Below are positions 62,201 to 64,000 of a stretch of DNA of 64,000 bases, one piece after another. The position numbers were made by a program, and so were the translations under genes. Each line of letters starts with the position of its first letter. Position 1 is the stretch's first letter. Below the pieces are notes generated by a model. That model did no database searches. It was not told the origin of the DNA and worked only from the letters and a program-made list of their open reading frames with translations. Source of the DNA: Blasia pusilla (taxonomy: Eukaryota); contig CM114271.1 in NCBI GenBank assembly GCA_050084515.1, positions 35,030,001 through 35,094,000 of the forward strand, given 5' to 3'.

Positions 62201-62966
62201 TTCGGATTCCCAACCTGTTGGATTTTTGTGGGTGTAGGGTGGAAGGGAATCACTTATCAAAATCTTTCCTTTCTTATGGTGAGCTTGCTTGCAAGGGGTG
62301 CAAGTCATCTGATTCCGATGGGTTGCAAGAGTTGCAACCTGTAAAATTCCGATGGATTGCAAGAGTTGCAACCTGTAAAATTCCGACGGGTTGGGAGGGG
62401 TGCAGCTTCTCGGTTTCTCAAATTTAGGATCTGAATGAAGGGACATCAGTTCCTCTTTACTCCAGACAGCTAACAATCTTTCACAAAGTTGGTCTTGAGC
62501 AGACATCATTCATAACCAACACAAAGTTGGTTATGAGGCAATTCAGGGGAGGCCATGATGCAGGCAAAAATCCCTGCAAAAAGAGAGGTTGGCATCGTAC
62601 CGATGCGCATCCGGGTGGTCCTCCAACAAAAATACCCATGGGCATTGCTTATTGTAGACCGAGAGAGGCAATGTTAAGAAACTTAGGCTCACATGGAGAG
62701 TGATGGAAAAATATTTGTAGTGGTCTTATGATGTCTACTTTTTTTTCGCCCCCTGGAAAAAGGAGGTTTCTTTAGGCCCGAGTGTGGACCACTACCTACT
62801 CTCTTCTAAAGATTTCATGAATTTGAAAGCAAAAAAAAATTTCAAATATGTCAAAAAGTTTTGAAGAGAGGAGGCGGATTTGGCCCTTTTTTTTTTGAAG
62901 AGAGACTCTCCTCTCTTCCTCTTTTCCTCTCCTCTCTTACTCTCTCTTGCCAGAATACCAGCCCCC

Positions 62967-63915
62967 ATGGTCGAGCACTTCTCAAAGTGAATAGAGTTTA
63001 TTGCATTGCTGGAAAAAGCGAGTGAGGGAGTAGCGTTTGGCTTCCTAGATTGAATGCTGAGTCAATACGGCGCACTAGTTGAGGTGTTGAGAGACCAGGG
63101 TACAGAGTTCCGTGGGGAGTTTCAGGCCTTGTATGATCAGGAACTGATCGACCACCGCACTACTTTGTGAGATCATCCTGAGGAAGATGGACTAGCGGAG
63201 CGGGTTGTGTAGATGGTAAAGAGAGGACTACACAAGTATGGCTTGCAAAGAGGTCACCTAGAAGATTGGGACCTTCAGTTGCCGTGGTTGGCGATCGGAT
63301 ATAGATTCAGCAGGCAGATATCCTTAGCATCTTTCTCACCGTATTTGTTGCTTTATGGCCGAGAGCCAAATTTACCTGCGGCCATTGGTCAAGATGTTGA
63401 TGAGGTGTTGAACCTTGATGACCGTGATGTATGGATGCAAGCATGTTCTCAGAGGGCTGAGTTGTTTCGGAGAGTGATGCCCATGGCGTTTGAGAACTTG
63501 GCGATTGCGCAACATCAGGATACGTAGAGGTATGCAACTATTTGGTGAGGTGGTTATTGACCTACTATCCGGAGGTTTCATCACGGAGACTATGTCTACT
63601 TGCAGCAATCGGCATCCACGACATGGGATATGATCACAGGGCGCATCATCTTGAGAGTGCGTGAGGTTTTGCCATCCGTGTTCTCTTATTGGAGAGACGC
63701 GATGGTATGGTTTGGAAGGACCATGTGCATAACTGTGGGCCATGTCATCTTCCAAACATTGACGGTACAATTGATCCGAGCTTAGCAATAGTTCCTGCAG
63801 GCTTGCGGTGTATGTTGTGTGGTTCCACCCGTGGTGCAATCACTATGCTAGTTTGTGATGGATGTTCGAGAGGATTACATATGGCATGTTTGACCCCACC
63901 TCTCACTAGGGTTCA
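62967..63915 (+). mobile_element. DNMT-Gypsy fragment D: integrase core to PHD finger, inverted relative to copy B and closely similar to it
   Basis: MVEHFSK*IE, DQGTEF, DGLAERVV, FSPYLLLYGREP, CMLCGSTRG...VCDGCSRGLHMACLTPP; matches the reverse complement of ~44570-45515. Confidence 0.9.
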
Positions 63916-64000
63916 TGTCGCGACCCTCATGACCAAACAAGTGCCAAGCGGAACATCGAACATTAGCGGGCTCACGCTAAGATGGTTTGCGCGTTGGAGT
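63916..64000 (+). mobile_element. Start of an LTR (same subfamily as the solo LTR at 10514-11525) inserted into the PHD finger of fragment D
   Basis: TGTCGCGACCCTCATGACCAAACAAGTGCC... matches the reverse complement of ~11440-11525. Confidence 0.9.

Larger units (their letters stand above)
50263..62940. mobile_element. Mutator-like DNA transposon with two divergent genes and palindrome arrays
   Basis: GA-rich inverted ends (gtaagaggagaggaagagaggaagagagg at 50263; cctctcttcctcttttcctctcctctcttac ending 62940); Gypsy sequence on both sides; transposase on -, ParB-MTase gene on +; no TSD, ends may be off by ~20 bp. Confidence 0.75.

Overview
Eukaryotic, transposon-dense plant DNA. The F-box gene and TE types suggest a non-seed streptophyte such as a bryophyte, lycophyte or fern; this is inference. 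One clear host gene is present, an intronless F-box/kelch-type gene at 7653-8807; most of the remainder is nested, decayed mobile DNA. Two systems stand out. (1) A Ty3/Gypsy family, present as two long copies and two fragments, whose pol reads PR - DNMT3-like C5 cytosine methyltransferase - RT - RNase H - DDE integrase - PHD finger. Its ends are split direct repeats (X...PPT-Y-X-Y) with an internal CA-nn-TG junction and no tRNA primer site; the 3' Y-X-Y block is seen in two divergent copies. (2) A ~12.7-kb Mutator-like DNA transposon with a DDE/SWIM transposase gene and a divergent multi-exon gene joining a ParB/Srx-like domain to a beta-class N4C/N6A methyltransferase-like domain. Roughly 35-40 copies of a 27-bp palindrome (GCAACCCGTCGGAnTCCGACGGGTTGC) sit in its introns, promoter region and 3' flanks. 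Also present: a young tandem chromovirus sharing a middle LTR, a solo LTR, and relics of Copia, CACTA and an RLE-type non-LTR element. All domain calls come from reading motifs by eye; no searches were run.
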